DNA from: Thermodesulfobacteriota bacterium
GTDB taxonomy: Bacteria > Desulfobacterota > Desulfarculia > JACQYL01
Assembly: GCA_963675595.2 (NCBI GenBank)
Contig: CAXXLZ010000002.1
Span: 736,001-800,000, forward strand
Direction of reading: 5' to 3'
Length of the DNA stretch: 64,000 nucleotides
Below are positions 38,373 through 48,500 of the stretch, in pieces. Under the pieces are notes generated by a model. It did no database searches, had not been told where the DNA came from, and saw only the letters and a list, made by a program, of their open reading frames with translations. The position numbers and the translations under genes are program-made. Numbering within the stretch: position 1 is the stretch's first letter; each line of letters starts with the position of its first letter.

Positions 38373-39106
38373 TGAAAAAAAGCGTGTCGGCACAAGCAAC
38401 TTTCCGGAAATGGGGCTTTCTTATTTGCGTTTCTTTGATTCTGACCGCCTCCTGCTCCTCCGAAGATCGGAACCGACGTCGGGATTATTTCGGTCAGGTG
38501 CCGGAGCCCGTGGAAACATTTCCTCAAAAAGAATATCCCGGTTCTTTGTGGAAAGAACGCAACTCGGAGAGTATTCTCTTCATGGATCACAAGGCGGGTC
38601 AGATTAACGACATCGTTACCGTGCTCATTGTGGAAAACTCATCCGGTCAAGGAGTTTCGAACTCCAAGCTGGAGAAGACGTCGGACGTGCAGTTCGGTGT
38701 GGACGGCGCCTTGGGCTTGCCCAGTTCCCTCGGCATGAACAATTTCCTGGGATTGGGCTCTCCGTTCCAGCCTTCGGTGTCGGCGGAAACCACCAATGAT
38801 TTTGAAGGAAAAGCAAGAACTACCAGGACGGGAAGCCTCAGCGGCACCATCACCTGCCGCGTAGTCAAACTATTTCCCAACGGGAACCTCGAGATTCGCG
38901 GTTCCCGCGAAATCACCATCAATCGTGAACAGCAGTTCATCATGCTGAGCGGAGTCATCCGTCAGGAAGACATTGATTCGCTCAACGTGGTTCGATCGGA
39001 CCGTATCGCGGATGCGCGAATTGAATACTACGGTGAAGGGGTTCTCGCGGACAAGGAGACCCCGGGGTGGCTCGCCCGTGTACTGGATTGGGTGTGGCCG
39101 TTTTAG
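38372..39106 (+). CDS. flgH: Flagellar L-ring protein FlgH
   Basis: Lipobox LTASC; LFMDHKA..INDIVTVLIVE; PNGNLEIRGSREITIN; IADARIEYYG; ends WVWPF. Confidence 0.95.
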   Translation: MKKSVSAQATFRKWGFLICVSLILTASCSSEDRNRRRDYFGQVPEPVETFPQKEYPGSLWKERNSESILFMDHKAGQINDIVTVLIVENSSGQGVSNSKLEKTSDVQFGVDGALGLPSSLGMNNFLGLGSPFQPSVSAETTNDFEGKARTTRTGSLSGTITCRVVKLFPNGNLEIRGSREITINREQQFIMLSGVIRQEDIDSLNVVRSDRIADARIEYYGEGVLADKETPGWLARVLDWVWPF

Positions 39107-39134
39107 GATTGAACTGAAGAGAGTGTGCCTATCC

Positions 39135-39566
39135 ATGAAAAAGATTTCGAGGAGTGAATTTGTAAGCCTATGGGCGGTCATGCTGAGCGCCGTCCTCCTG
39201 TTCGCACTTTCGGGATGCGGCGGCGGAGCCACGGGTTCCGAGGGGAACGACGGGCAAGACACTTTGAGGCTCACCGTGGTCCCGGACCGGATCAATATCA
39301 GTGATGGGGGCAGTTGCTCGGTGAACGTCACCCTGTGGGACGCGAACGCGGAACCAATCATCGGTACGGTGTACTTGGCTTCGACCTTCGGGACGCTGGG
39401 CGCGTCCTCCGTCACCACGGTGGCCGATCCCGGCGGGACCGCTGCAAGCGCCGCCACCACATTGACTCCCAGCGACACCACCACTGTGGGCAACGCCGTG
39501 GTCACCGCCACTTTCGGTTCCATCACGGTTTGGGTATCGGTTGAATTCTACAAGACCCTCGGCTGA
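39135..39566 (+). CDS. Lipoprotein with a single Ig-like (invasin/Big_1-like) domain
   Basis: LSGC-GGG lipobox; Thr/Val-rich beta pattern (LTVVPDRI..DG..SVNVTLWDAN..PI...STFGTL...ATTL...AVVTAT). Confidence 0.75.
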   Translation: MKKISRSEFVSLWAVMLSAVLLFALSGCGGGATGSEGNDGQDTLRLTVVPDRINISDGGSCSVNVTLWDANAEPIIGTVYLASTFGTLGASSVTTVADPGGTAASAATTLTPSDTTTVGNAVVTATFGSITVWVSVEFYKTLG

Positions 39567-39587
39567 GAACGGTTGGAGGAACCTTCC

Positions 39588-41012
39588 ATGAAGCGATGCA
39601 ACACCGAACACCTGTTCTTCCTGATTCTGATCTTGAGCATTTCCGCATTGGGCTGCAGTGGAGGCGGAGGCGGATCCACCTCCGTGGTGACTCCCCAGGG
39701 CCCCCAGATCAATCCTCCCGAGGTCACCCTGTACTTCGGAGACGAGATACTCCTCAGCGTTTCGGGCGGAGCAGCCCCTTACACCTGGTCGTCCACCAAT
39801 CTCACTGTAGGCAAAGTGGATCCGGACCGAATCTCCACCGACGGACGTTCCGCCTATTTCGTTGCCAATACCAAGTTGCCCGAAGAGACGACCGACAACA
39901 TGACGGCCACGGTTATCGCCATGGACGCCAACGGCAGATCGGCTCAGGCCACCATCACCATGATTCTGAACCTTCTTCTGGTGACCCCCGGTCAAGCCAC
40001 CATCGCCCTGGACTCTCTGACCACTCCGAGCATCCGCTTCTCCGTCACCGGAGGAGAGTCCCCTTATTATTGGACGGCGGATAAGCCCTACCTGGCTGAT
40101 CTTTATCCGAACGGCGACGGTTCCATCGTAACCGTGTTTCCCACGCAGGCCGGCATTCTGAGTCTGACCGTCACGGACTCGCGGAATACTCAGTCCCCGG
40201 ACGGCGTCACGTTGACGATCGTCGACGAAGCGCCCGGCATCACCCCCTCCATGATCACCCTATCGTCGGAAACGGACGCCGGGGCATACACATTCCTGTT
40301 TTCCGGGGGTACGCAACCCTATGTTCTCTACACGTCGGACCCGAATATTCTCGATGTTCCACAAATTGCTCAAGACGCCACATCCGCGGATGTGACCGCC
40401 CTACAGGTGGGAGAGGCCGATTTGATTCTGGAGGACGCCACGGGCCAGAAGGCGGTGGCCTCCGTGACCGTGACCGATTTGCAGGATACGATCACCATCA
40501 GTCCCTCCCTGGCCGTGATCAGTCCCGGGGATTACGTTACCTTCCAAGCGCTCCACGGGCTCAGTCCCTATTACTGGACCAATGAGAACCCTGAGCTGGG
40601 TCAGTTGTTTACCAGCGGCACGGGAGACAGGGTGGCTGATTTTTATGCCGGGAACGACGCCGGTGTGGCTTCCATCGTTCTGGAAGACAGCCGACAAGCC
40701 CAGTCGGTGGCTCGCATTACCATTGAAGACGCACTCCGGATTCTTCCCGGCTTGGTGACCACTCAGCAGGGCACGGCTCAAGCCCTGAGCTTCATCGTTC
40801 AGGGCGGAGTACCGCCTTATTCCGCCTTCCTCAGCGACTACAGGTTCGGCACCGTAACTCAGCCGACGCTTAATACGGATCGTAATCAGTACGAATTCAC
40901 CGTGACCACCTCGGCCTCGGCCGCTGCCATGACTTGGCAAGACATCGTGGAAGTGTACGACGTGGGAGGCTTGAAGGCCACCTTGGACGTCGAGGTGGTC
41001 GCCGCAAACTAA
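39588..41012 (+). CDS. Lipoprotein with 5 tandem Ig-like repeats
   Basis: ALGC-SGGGGG lipobox; five repeats of roughly 85-95 aa with core VSGGAAPYTW, VTGGESPYYW, FSGGTQPYV, LHGLSPYYW, VQGGVPPYS. Confidence 0.8.
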   Translation: MKRCNTEHLFFLILILSISALGCSGGGGGSTSVVTPQGPQINPPEVTLYFGDEILLSVSGGAAPYTWSSTNLTVGKVDPDRISTDGRSAYFVANTKLPEETTDNMTATVIAMDANGRSAQATITMILNLLLVTPGQATIALDSLTTPSIRFSVTGGESPYYWTADKPYLADLYPNGDGSIVTVFPTQAGILSLTVTDSRNTQSPDGVTLTIVDEAPGITPSMITLSSETDAGAYTFLFSGGTQPYVLYTSDPNILDVPQIAQDATSADVTALQVGEADLILEDATGQKAVASVTVTDLQDTITISPSLAVISPGDYVTFQALHGLSPYYWTNENPELGQLFTSGTGDRVADFYAGNDAGVASIVLEDSRQAQSVARITIEDALRILPGLVTTQQGTAQALSFIVQGGVPPYSAFLSDYRFGTVTQPTLNTDRNQYEFTVTTSASAAAMTWQDIVEVYDVGGLKATLDVEVVAAN

Positions 41013-41080
41013 AACAGCGTTGCATTCATCTTCCGGGGAACCTGCTCCGGAGCACGTGAGACTACAAATCGGGGGAGAAA

Positions 41081-43246
41081 ATGAAAAGAAGGACCTTTGG
41101 TTTCGCCATCTTGTCGGTTATGTTCCTGCTCATCGCCGGATGCAGCGGAGGAGGTGGGTCGGACTCCGAGCCCACCCAGCCTCCAACGCAGAAACTCGTC
41201 ATTTATTCTCCCAACGGTCTGTCCCTCTTTTACGGTGAGGAACTCAAACTCAGCGTAAGCGGCGGCACTCCGCTCTACCAGTGGTCCCTGAGAAGCTCCG
41301 GTGATCAGACCTGGACCCAGATCGATGACAACCGGACCGCACCGGACGGATCGGTCATCTACGTTACCGCTTCGGACTATCTTTGGGGCATTGGTCCCAC
41401 GGTCGAGGTGGTGATCACCGTGACCGACAGCATCGGAAATTGGGGTACCATCACGGTGCAGGTCACGGACATGTTTCCAAGCGTGATTCCGGCCAAAGCG
41501 ACGGTGCCCCTGGACGTGGCTTCGGCCACGACGATGCGCTTTACGGCGTCCGGAGGGACGCCCCCCTACTACTGGGTCCTCGATAAACCCTACTTGGCGC
41601 AGGGCGTTCCCGACAGTGAGGGGGACACCTTGATCCTCCAGCCGGTGGCTTCGGGAAACCTGAAGATCACCCTGTTCGACGCCAAGAACCTGGCTTCCTC
41701 GGCCACTCTGCAAATCGTATCGGGCACGCCCAAAATCGTACCCAACAAAGTGACGCTCAGTCTCGGGGAATCCATCACGTTGAGGGCCAGCAACGGAACA
41801 CCTCCCTACTACGACTGGTATCTCACGGACCCCTCCGTGGGGACTCTGGACCCTCCGTCCGGCGGGTGGGGAGACCTTTCCGAAGCGGTCTTCACCGCCA
41901 GGAGAATCGGCAACACCGAAGTGTACCTCGACGACGATTTGGGTGAACGCGCGTACGCCACGGTGACCGTGATCCAGAACCAGACCATGCTCACACCCAG
42001 CGAAGCCAATATCGCTCCCGGAGAGGAGCTTATCCTGACGGCCAAGTACGGCCTCACCCCTTACTACTTCTTCAACGGCGACCAGAACGTGGGCGAGTTG
42101 ACCGAACTTTCCTACAACCAGGTTTTGTTTGAAGCCAAAGATGCGGGCATCACCGTCATCAGGGTGGAGGACAGCAGAGGCCAGGAAGACACTTGCACGA
42201 TTATGGTCAGCAACGCCTTTCAGATTTATCCCTTGAGCTTAAAGGGAAGCCCGGGTGAGGTGGTCAAATTCTTCCTGTATGGCGGTCAGACACCCTACGA
42301 CGTGCTCGTAAACGACGTGTCCGTTGGCTCGGCCGTGATCAAGAACGGCAACGAGGTGCATTTCACCATTGCGGCCTCACAGAATCCCGAGGACACCGCC
42401 TATCCGGACGTCGTCGAGGTTTACGACGCAGATGGGCTCAGGGCGACCGCCGAAGTGGTAGTGGCGGGCGTGGGATGCGAACTTCACGCGGAACCGTCCA
42501 CTGCGATCGGCAATCCCGGCGACGAGGTGGAATTCCTGGTGCTCTGCGGTACCGGAGATTCCTACAGCGTGACCACCATGGACGCCACTCTGGTGGAAAC
42601 CCCGATACAGCAGCCCACCGGCAACTTGGTGACCGTCACCATCAAGTCCAACGCCGTACCCGGTCTATATCCGGAGGTGATCCGTATCGCGGACGAAGAA
42701 AACAATGTGATCTACGCCGGTATCGAAGTCGTCGAAAAGCTGGCGGTAACCCCGTCCTCCGCATCGGGCGCTCCCAACGAAGAGCTGCAGTTCGTCGTGT
42801 CCGGAGGAAAAGCCCCCTACACCGCCCAGCTTTCGAGTAATACGTCGGCAACGGCGTCGGTAAGCGGAAGCGTGATCACTCTAAAGATTGCCAACAGCCC
42901 GACCTCCAACAGCCTCAGCATGATCGTACAGGACGCCGCCGGCCAGATCGTCTCCGTGCCCGTAACCATCACAAACCCGACCTGCACTTTTGAGCTGAGT
43001 CCCAGCTCGCAGACCGGAACTGCGGGTAACACCCTGGCGTACCAGGCGGTTTGCGGCACCTCCCCGTATCTGGCCACCATTCTGAATTTCACGGCCATCG
43101 ATTCGAGTGTGGACGCCATTTCAATCACGGGAAACCTGGTGACGGTCAAGATATCCGGCACCGCGGCACCCGGCACCTACTCCAACGCCTTTGTGATCAC
43201 CGATGCCAATGCTCAGTCGGCTTTCGGCAGCATCGTGGTCCAGTAG
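41081..43246 (+). CDS. Lipoprotein with 8 tandem Ig-like repeats
   Basis: IAGC-SGGGG lipobox; eight repeats with cores SGGTPLYQW, SGGTPPYYW, SNGTPPYY, YGLTPYY, YGGQTPY, CGTGDSY, SGGKAPY, CGTSPY. Confidence 0.82.
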   Translation: MKRRTFGFAILSVMFLLIAGCSGGGGSDSEPTQPPTQKLVIYSPNGLSLFYGEELKLSVSGGTPLYQWSLRSSGDQTWTQIDDNRTAPDGSVIYVTASDYLWGIGPTVEVVITVTDSIGNWGTITVQVTDMFPSVIPAKATVPLDVASATTMRFTASGGTPPYYWVLDKPYLAQGVPDSEGDTLILQPVASGNLKITLFDAKNLASSATLQIVSGTPKIVPNKVTLSLGESITLRASNGTPPYYDWYLTDPSVGTLDPPSGGWGDLSEAVFTARRIGNTEVYLDDDLGERAYATVTVIQNQTMLTPSEANIAPGEELILTAKYGLTPYYFFNGDQNVGELTELSYNQVLFEAKDAGITVIRVEDSRGQEDTCTIMVSNAFQIYPLSLKGSPGEVVKFFLYGGQTPYDVLVNDVSVGSAVIKNGNEVHFTIAASQNPEDTAYPDVVEVYDADGLRATAEVVVAGVGCELHAEPSTAIGNPGDEVEFLVLCGTGDSYSVTTMDATLVETPIQQPTGNLVTVTIKSNAVPGLYPEVIRIADEENNVIYAGIEVVEKLAVTPSSASGAPNEELQFVVSGGKAPYTAQLSSNTSATASVSGSVITLKIANSPTSNSLSMIVQDAAGQIVSVPVTITNPTCTFELSPSSQTGTAGNTLAYQAVCGTSPYLATILNFTAIDSSVDAISITGNLVTVKISGTAAPGTYSNAFVITDANAQSAFGSIVVQ

Positions 43247-43262
43247 AACCGAATGAATACAC

Positions 43263-43294
43263 GGGACGTCCGAATACCGGTTTTCGGACGTCCC
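43263..43294 (+). other. Perfect 12-bp intergenic stem-loop without U-tract
   Basis: GGGACGTCCGAA-N8-TTCGGACGTCCC. Confidence 0.7.
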
Positions 43295-43393
43295 ACACAC
43301 AAGGCATAGTCCGGACCGCGTCGCCATTTTCCTTAACGCCTTATGGGTAACGGCGACGGCTCGGATCCGGGCGTCATATCAAGGAAGCGCCTC

Positions 43394-44524
43394 ATGACGT
43401 TTAGAGCCGGCTCGAAATCGCAACGACTGGGATTTGCGGTCTACACCGTTCTCCTGCTGCTGTTTTTCTGCGGCTCGATATCCAATGCGGCGGAGGTCCG
43501 CCTGAAGGACATCGCCCACTTCGAAGGATTCCGTCCGAACCAGTTGATCGGCTACGGCGTAATCGTCGGACTCGACGGCACCGGAGACGGAACCCGGGGG
43601 GGATTTACGCGTCAAATCTTATCCAACATGATGTACAAGTTGGGCGTCACCATCCCCGCCAGCGCCATCCAAGTGAAAAATACGGCCACCGTCATGGTCA
43701 CCGCCGAGCTTCCCCCCTTTGCCAAGGCCGGGACCCGGATCGACGCCGTGGTCTCTTCTCTGGCGGATGCAAAAAGTCTACAGGGAGGCACGTTGTTGAT
43801 GACGCCCTTGCGGGCGGCGAGTCGCGAGATCTATGCCGTAGCCCAGGGGCCGGTTTCCATCGGCGGTTTCGGAGCGGCCGGCGGCGGAGCAACGGTTCAA
43901 CAGAACCATTTGACTGTCGGTGTTGCGGTCAACGGGGCTCTCATCGAAAGAGATTTGCCTTTGAACCTCCCGGGACGCGTGCTGAAGCTCCACTTGTATC
44001 ACCCGGACTTCACCACGGCGCACCGGACTGCGGAAAGCATCAACAAGCACTTTCAGACCGACATGTCCACCGCCGTCGATCCCAGCGAAATCCGCATCAG
44101 CGTTCCCGAGGAGTTCCATGAAAACATCGTGGAGTTCATTTACCAGGTTGAAAACGTCAAAGTGGAACCCGACACCCGTGCCGTGGTGGTTATGAACGAG
44201 AGAACCGGAACGGTGGTCATGGGAGAAAACGTCCGGGTTTCCACGGTGGCCGTGGCCCACGGGAACCTCAACATCGTGATTCGAGAGACCCCGGAAGTCT
44301 CGCAGCCCGAGCCTTTCAGCGAAGGCACCACGGTGGTGGTTCCTCGGACCGATATCTATGTCACCGAGGACAACAACAAGTTGCTCTTGGTGCCCGAAGG
44401 GGTCACCATCGGTGACGTTGTCCGAGCGCTGAACGCCATCGGAGTCACTCCACGGGATCTCATCTCCGTCATCGTAGCCCTCAAAGAGGCCGGAGCGCTC
44501 CAGGCGGACCTGAAATTCCTCTAA
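43394..44524 (+). CDS. flgI: Flagellar P-ring protein FlgI
   Basis: RLKDIA..EGFRPNQLIGYGVIVGLDGTGD, DAKSLQGGTLLMTPL, VVMNERTGTVVMG, ALKEAGALQA; start uncertain. Confidence 0.96.
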   Translation: MTFRAGSKSQRLGFAVYTVLLLLFFCGSISNAAEVRLKDIAHFEGFRPNQLIGYGVIVGLDGTGDGTRGGFTRQILSNMMYKLGVTIPASAIQVKNTATVMVTAELPPFAKAGTRIDAVVSSLADAKSLQGGTLLMTPLRAASREIYAVAQGPVSIGGFGAAGGGATVQQNHLTVGVAVNGALIERDLPLNLPGRVLKLHLYHPDFTTAHRTAESINKHFQTDMSTAVDPSEIRISVPEEFHENIVEFIYQVENVKVEPDTRAVVVMNERTGTVVMGENVRVSTVAVAHGNLNIVIRETPEVSQPEPFSEGTTVVVPRTDIYVTEDNNKLLLVPEGVTIGDVVRALNAIGVTPRDLISVIVALKEAGALQADLKFL

Positions 44525-44553
44525 CCCGATGATGCGAAAGGCGGGTTTCCCGC

Positions 44554-44907
44554 ATGTCCTACGATTTCTTGTTGCATTTTAGCCCCGAAGCGGCAAAGAT
44601 GAGTGAAGGTGGAGAGTCGGCGGCTCTGAAAAAGGCCTGTCAGGAGTTCGAGTCCTTTTTTTGGGAAATACTCCTCAAAGAGATGCGCAAGACCGTACCG
44701 GAAGGCGGCCTCCTTGGGAATTCCCTGGAAAACGATCTTTACACTTCCATGTATCACCAGGAGCTTTCCGTGGAATTGAGCCGACGTGGCGGCCTCGGAC
44801 TAACGGAACTGCTCGAGGGAAGCCTGGAAGGCACCCTTGAAAAGCACGACGGGGGTGCGGACGAGTCCGAGGAAGAAGAAACCGTCGGGTCGGAAACAAT
44901 TAGATGA
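44554..44907 (+). CDS. flgJ: FlgJ rod-binding protein (no muramidase domain)
   Basis: LKKACQEFESFF..ILLKEMRKTV...YTSMY...GGLGL. Confidence 0.85.
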   Translation: MSYDFLLHFSPEAAKMSEGGESAALKKACQEFESFFWEILLKEMRKTVPEGGLLGNSLENDLYTSMYHQELSVELSRRGGLGLTELLEGSLEGTLEKHDGGADESEEEETVGSETIR

Positions 44908-45011
44908 CCCCCGACTGCTTCCAGTAGGACGGCCATCCTGAACGGGAGATTCTACGACTGGAGAAAAATATTCCGGCTTTGGCGGAATTGCTTTAATTTT
45001 TCGTGAGAGGC

Positions 45012-45038
45012 TAAAGTTCCACGTGCCGCTGCCGATTC
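45012..45038 (+). promoter_or_regulatory. sigma28 promoter for flgM
   Basis: TAAA-N15-GCCGATTC. Confidence 0.8.
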
Positions 45039-45074
45039 ACTGGATGAAAAGTCCGAAAGGAGGCGTTCCAAAGG

Positions 45075-45392
45075 ATGAAAATCGACGACACCATAATCCA
45101 GCAGACGGATGTGTTAAAACAACAGGTCCGGTCGTCGGAGACGGGAAAGAACCAGGAACAGCCGGGCGGCGAGCGTATCGCCCCGTCTCCTGACATCGAA
45201 GAAAACGTGGAAATCTCTAGCAGAGCTCAAGAGAGACGGTCGGCTCGCGATGCGTTGAGTTCCGTGCCGGAAGTCCGCGCCCAAAAAGTCGCGGAGGTCC
45301 GCAAGAAGATCGAGGAGGGTACCTACGAGGTGAACAGCGGCAAAATCGCAGAAAAACTCATCCGGGAGTCCCTGTTCCATAACATCGCCTGA
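45075..45392 (+). CDS. flgM: Anti-sigma28 factor FlgM
   Basis: MKI...VEISSRAQ...VPEVRAQKVAEVRKKIEEGTYEVNSGKIAEKL. Confidence 0.93.
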   Translation: MKIDDTIIQQTDVLKQQVRSSETGKNQEQPGGERIAPSPDIEENVEISSRAQERRSARDALSSVPEVRAQKVAEVRKKIEEGTYEVNSGKIAEKLIRESLFHNIA

Positions 45393-45599
45393 TCCAATAT
45401 CTCCTCCGTCTTCAGTCCGCCAAACAATTCCAATCGCCTGCAACCGCTCATGGATGAGCGGTTCTTCCTTCACAATCTCCTGTACCCACTACCCCACTTT
45501 TTCGGCATGTGTGCGAGCTAGAGCCTTCATGTCCGGTAAGACCCGAGGGATACCGGAAGGCGGAAGTGGTCGCTTCCCGAGGCATTTGTCGTTTCGGGA

Positions 45600-48500
45600 T
45601 CACTGAGGCTCGGAAACCCGGAAATTCTTCTCCAACCGTCCTTTCCGTGCCTTGACGGCTGTAATGACAGTGAGCATGAACTCGGCGATGTCGAAATCCG
45701 GCGGTACGACCGTGACCGTCGTCCAGTTAACGGTATTCCCGCATTGGTTCCTCAATTCAATGGTGTAATCCGTGGTTTCCGATGGATACACCGCGACCGA
45801 ACCACCCGTCGGTGACACCTGGCCGACTCCGGGACTTATGATCGCCTCATCCCCGCCCGTTCCGCTCCAGGACAGAACCGCACCGTTTCCCGCTACCACA
45901 TCCCCGCCGGGACCGGAAAAGAAGTCGATGACCGGCAGATCGCAGGTCAAGACTTCGATGGAGGCCTGTACGTCTCCGCATGAACTCTCAACCACCAATG
46001 TATAGGTTTCCGGCGCCGACGCCTCCAGTGATACGACCCCGACCCCCGGGTCCACCTGCCCCACTCCGGGTGATATTTCGGCGAGTTCTCCTCCTATGGC
46101 GACCCAGTCCAACTGGAAAACGGTTCCGGTGGGCACGGGGTCGGAGGGCCCTTGAAAAACCACGATTTCGGGCGGATCGCAGGCGTCCAATATCGGCGGG
46201 TCGTCCGGTTCCGACGTCGAGGGATTGGCCATGCCGGAAGCCTGGTACTCGACCAGTGCATCCACTACATGCTCACCTACCTCTCCTTCGGGCACATGCA
46301 CCACGAAAACCGCCTCCAGCGGGCTGGACAATACTTTGGACGTCCAGAATATCCCTTTGGACGGGTTCACTGTGTTGATTCCCGTGCCGGAAACGCTTTC
46401 GAGGGTCCACCCGTCGGGTAGAAGCGGTTTCCAAAGAATGGAAAGGAGCGGATCCTGAAAGGAGGCGCGAAAGGTGAAGGTCACCTCACGGCCCGGAGGA
46501 TACGTGTCGGGACCTTCGATGGAAATCGAAGGAGTGCTCTGCGGCGTTAAGGGAGGACCCGACAGGGCGACGTCGGGCTGTGGTATCAACGGAGCGAAAC
46601 CGTCCACCCCCGAAGCATCGGGCTGATACCCTCCCGCGCGCCAGTAGGCAAGCACTCGATTGATCTCCGTGCCGTCGATATCCCAGGCCGGCGCTTGAAA
46701 ATCCGCGGTATGAGTCCCGCAGGCCGTTGCTCCTACGGTTCCCGGCTGATATCCGTCGGGTCCGGCCCCGCAACGGTACGCTCCGGCATTCCAGTAAGAA
46801 ATCACACGGGTCACTTCCGCATTGTCGATGATGAAGTCGGGCCCGTTGTAATCCGCATCGTGGTAAATAGGTGTTTCCGCCAACACGAGGGGGTCCGGAA
46901 GAGCGACGTCCACGGAAGGCAAAGCCATTCCCACCAATTGAAAGTCGATGGTCGATCCGATGTTTTGAGCCCCGGTCTGTCCTCCGGGAACGGCGACTTG
47001 GTATTCGAACACCACTGGATTGTTCGCAACGGGAGGCGTAAAAGTAACCACTCCTCCCAAGACCACCGGATTTCCATTCCCGGCCGCCGCCGTCACCCCG
47101 GTGAGGGTCCATCCCGCGGGCAACACGGGCGTCCACTGTAGGGATTGAATCGTCAGTCCGGCTTGATAGCTGAATTCACACGCCACAACCGCCGTGCCTG
47201 GAGACGGGTAACCGGCCGAAGAGTGGACCGAAGCCGTCGCATAAGTAATTTCCGGAAGTTGCAGCGGGTGGGGATTCGCCCACGTAAGCGCGGGATTTAC
47301 CATGCCGTCGATTTGGTACTCCACCTCCGCGCTAAGGTAATGGGTGCCGGATTCACCGCCCGGGACGTTGACGATATACGTAAACTGCACCGGATTCCCG
47401 GAGAAGGCATCCAGAAAGACGATTTCCCCTCCGCTCACCTGAGGGTTTCCATCGCCCGAAGCCCCCACCGGATCCAAGGTCCAACCGGCGGGTAATTGCG
47501 GTCTCCAAAGAAGCGAAAGCAGGCTCCTCCCCTGGGGTACCTGAAACGTGCAGGTGATCACGGCGGTGCCGGGAGTTTCATATCCGGGCGAGGAATGTGC
47601 GGCCGCGATCCCTGGAGGATACCCGCAGGTCTTGAAAAGGAACACGTCGCTTTGACCGTTGGCGTCTCCCGAAACCAGGTTTCCGGCGGAAGAACCGAAC
47701 ACCATGTGAAGTCCGTCGCTCGCCATGGACGGATAAAGCGAAGCACCGTCAGGCTCTCCCAACGTTGAAGAGGCGCTCACTCGAGACGTTTCACCGGTTT
47801 GACGATCCCGAACGAACACATCCCATTTTTCGTTGGTATCACCGGGCAACAGATTGGTCGATCCCGACGAGAACACCACGTAGCGGCCGTCGGAGGACAT
47901 GGATCGCCTTCTGGAACCCCTGCTCTCCCCGTTCCCCTCGGAACCGTCGTAGGCCAAGCTCACTCGCTCGGTGATCCCGGTTTGAAGGTCTTTCAGAAAT
48001 ACGTCGGCTTTGCCGTTGGCATCTCCGACCGTCAGGTTGGAAGCATTGGAATAGAACACCACGTAGCGACCGTCCAGGGACAGGGAGGGGTATTCCGAGA
48101 ACCCTCCGGCCTGTCCTCCCGCGGAAGAGACGGAAACACGGACGGTTTGCGCGGTACTGCGGTCGTGCACGAAGACGTCCGCAGAGCCGTTGGTGTCCCC
48201 CGCCACCAAATTCGTGGCCTCGGAGACAAAAGCCACGTAGCGGCCGTCCGCGGATAGCGAGGGAAACCTGCATGCGCCGTTTCCCTGGACTCCGATCGAT
48301 GAAACGCTCACTCGCGTCGTCTGGGCGAGAAGCAGATCACGAACGAATACATCGGACTTGGTGTTTGTGTCGCCGGGAACCAGATTGGAAGCCGCGGACG
48401 TGAAAGCCACGTAACGGCCGTCCGAGGAGACCGACGGCTGAAAGGAAGCCTGGTTGCCCTGCCCGCCTGCGTCGGTCAGACTGACCCGAACAGTGACGGC

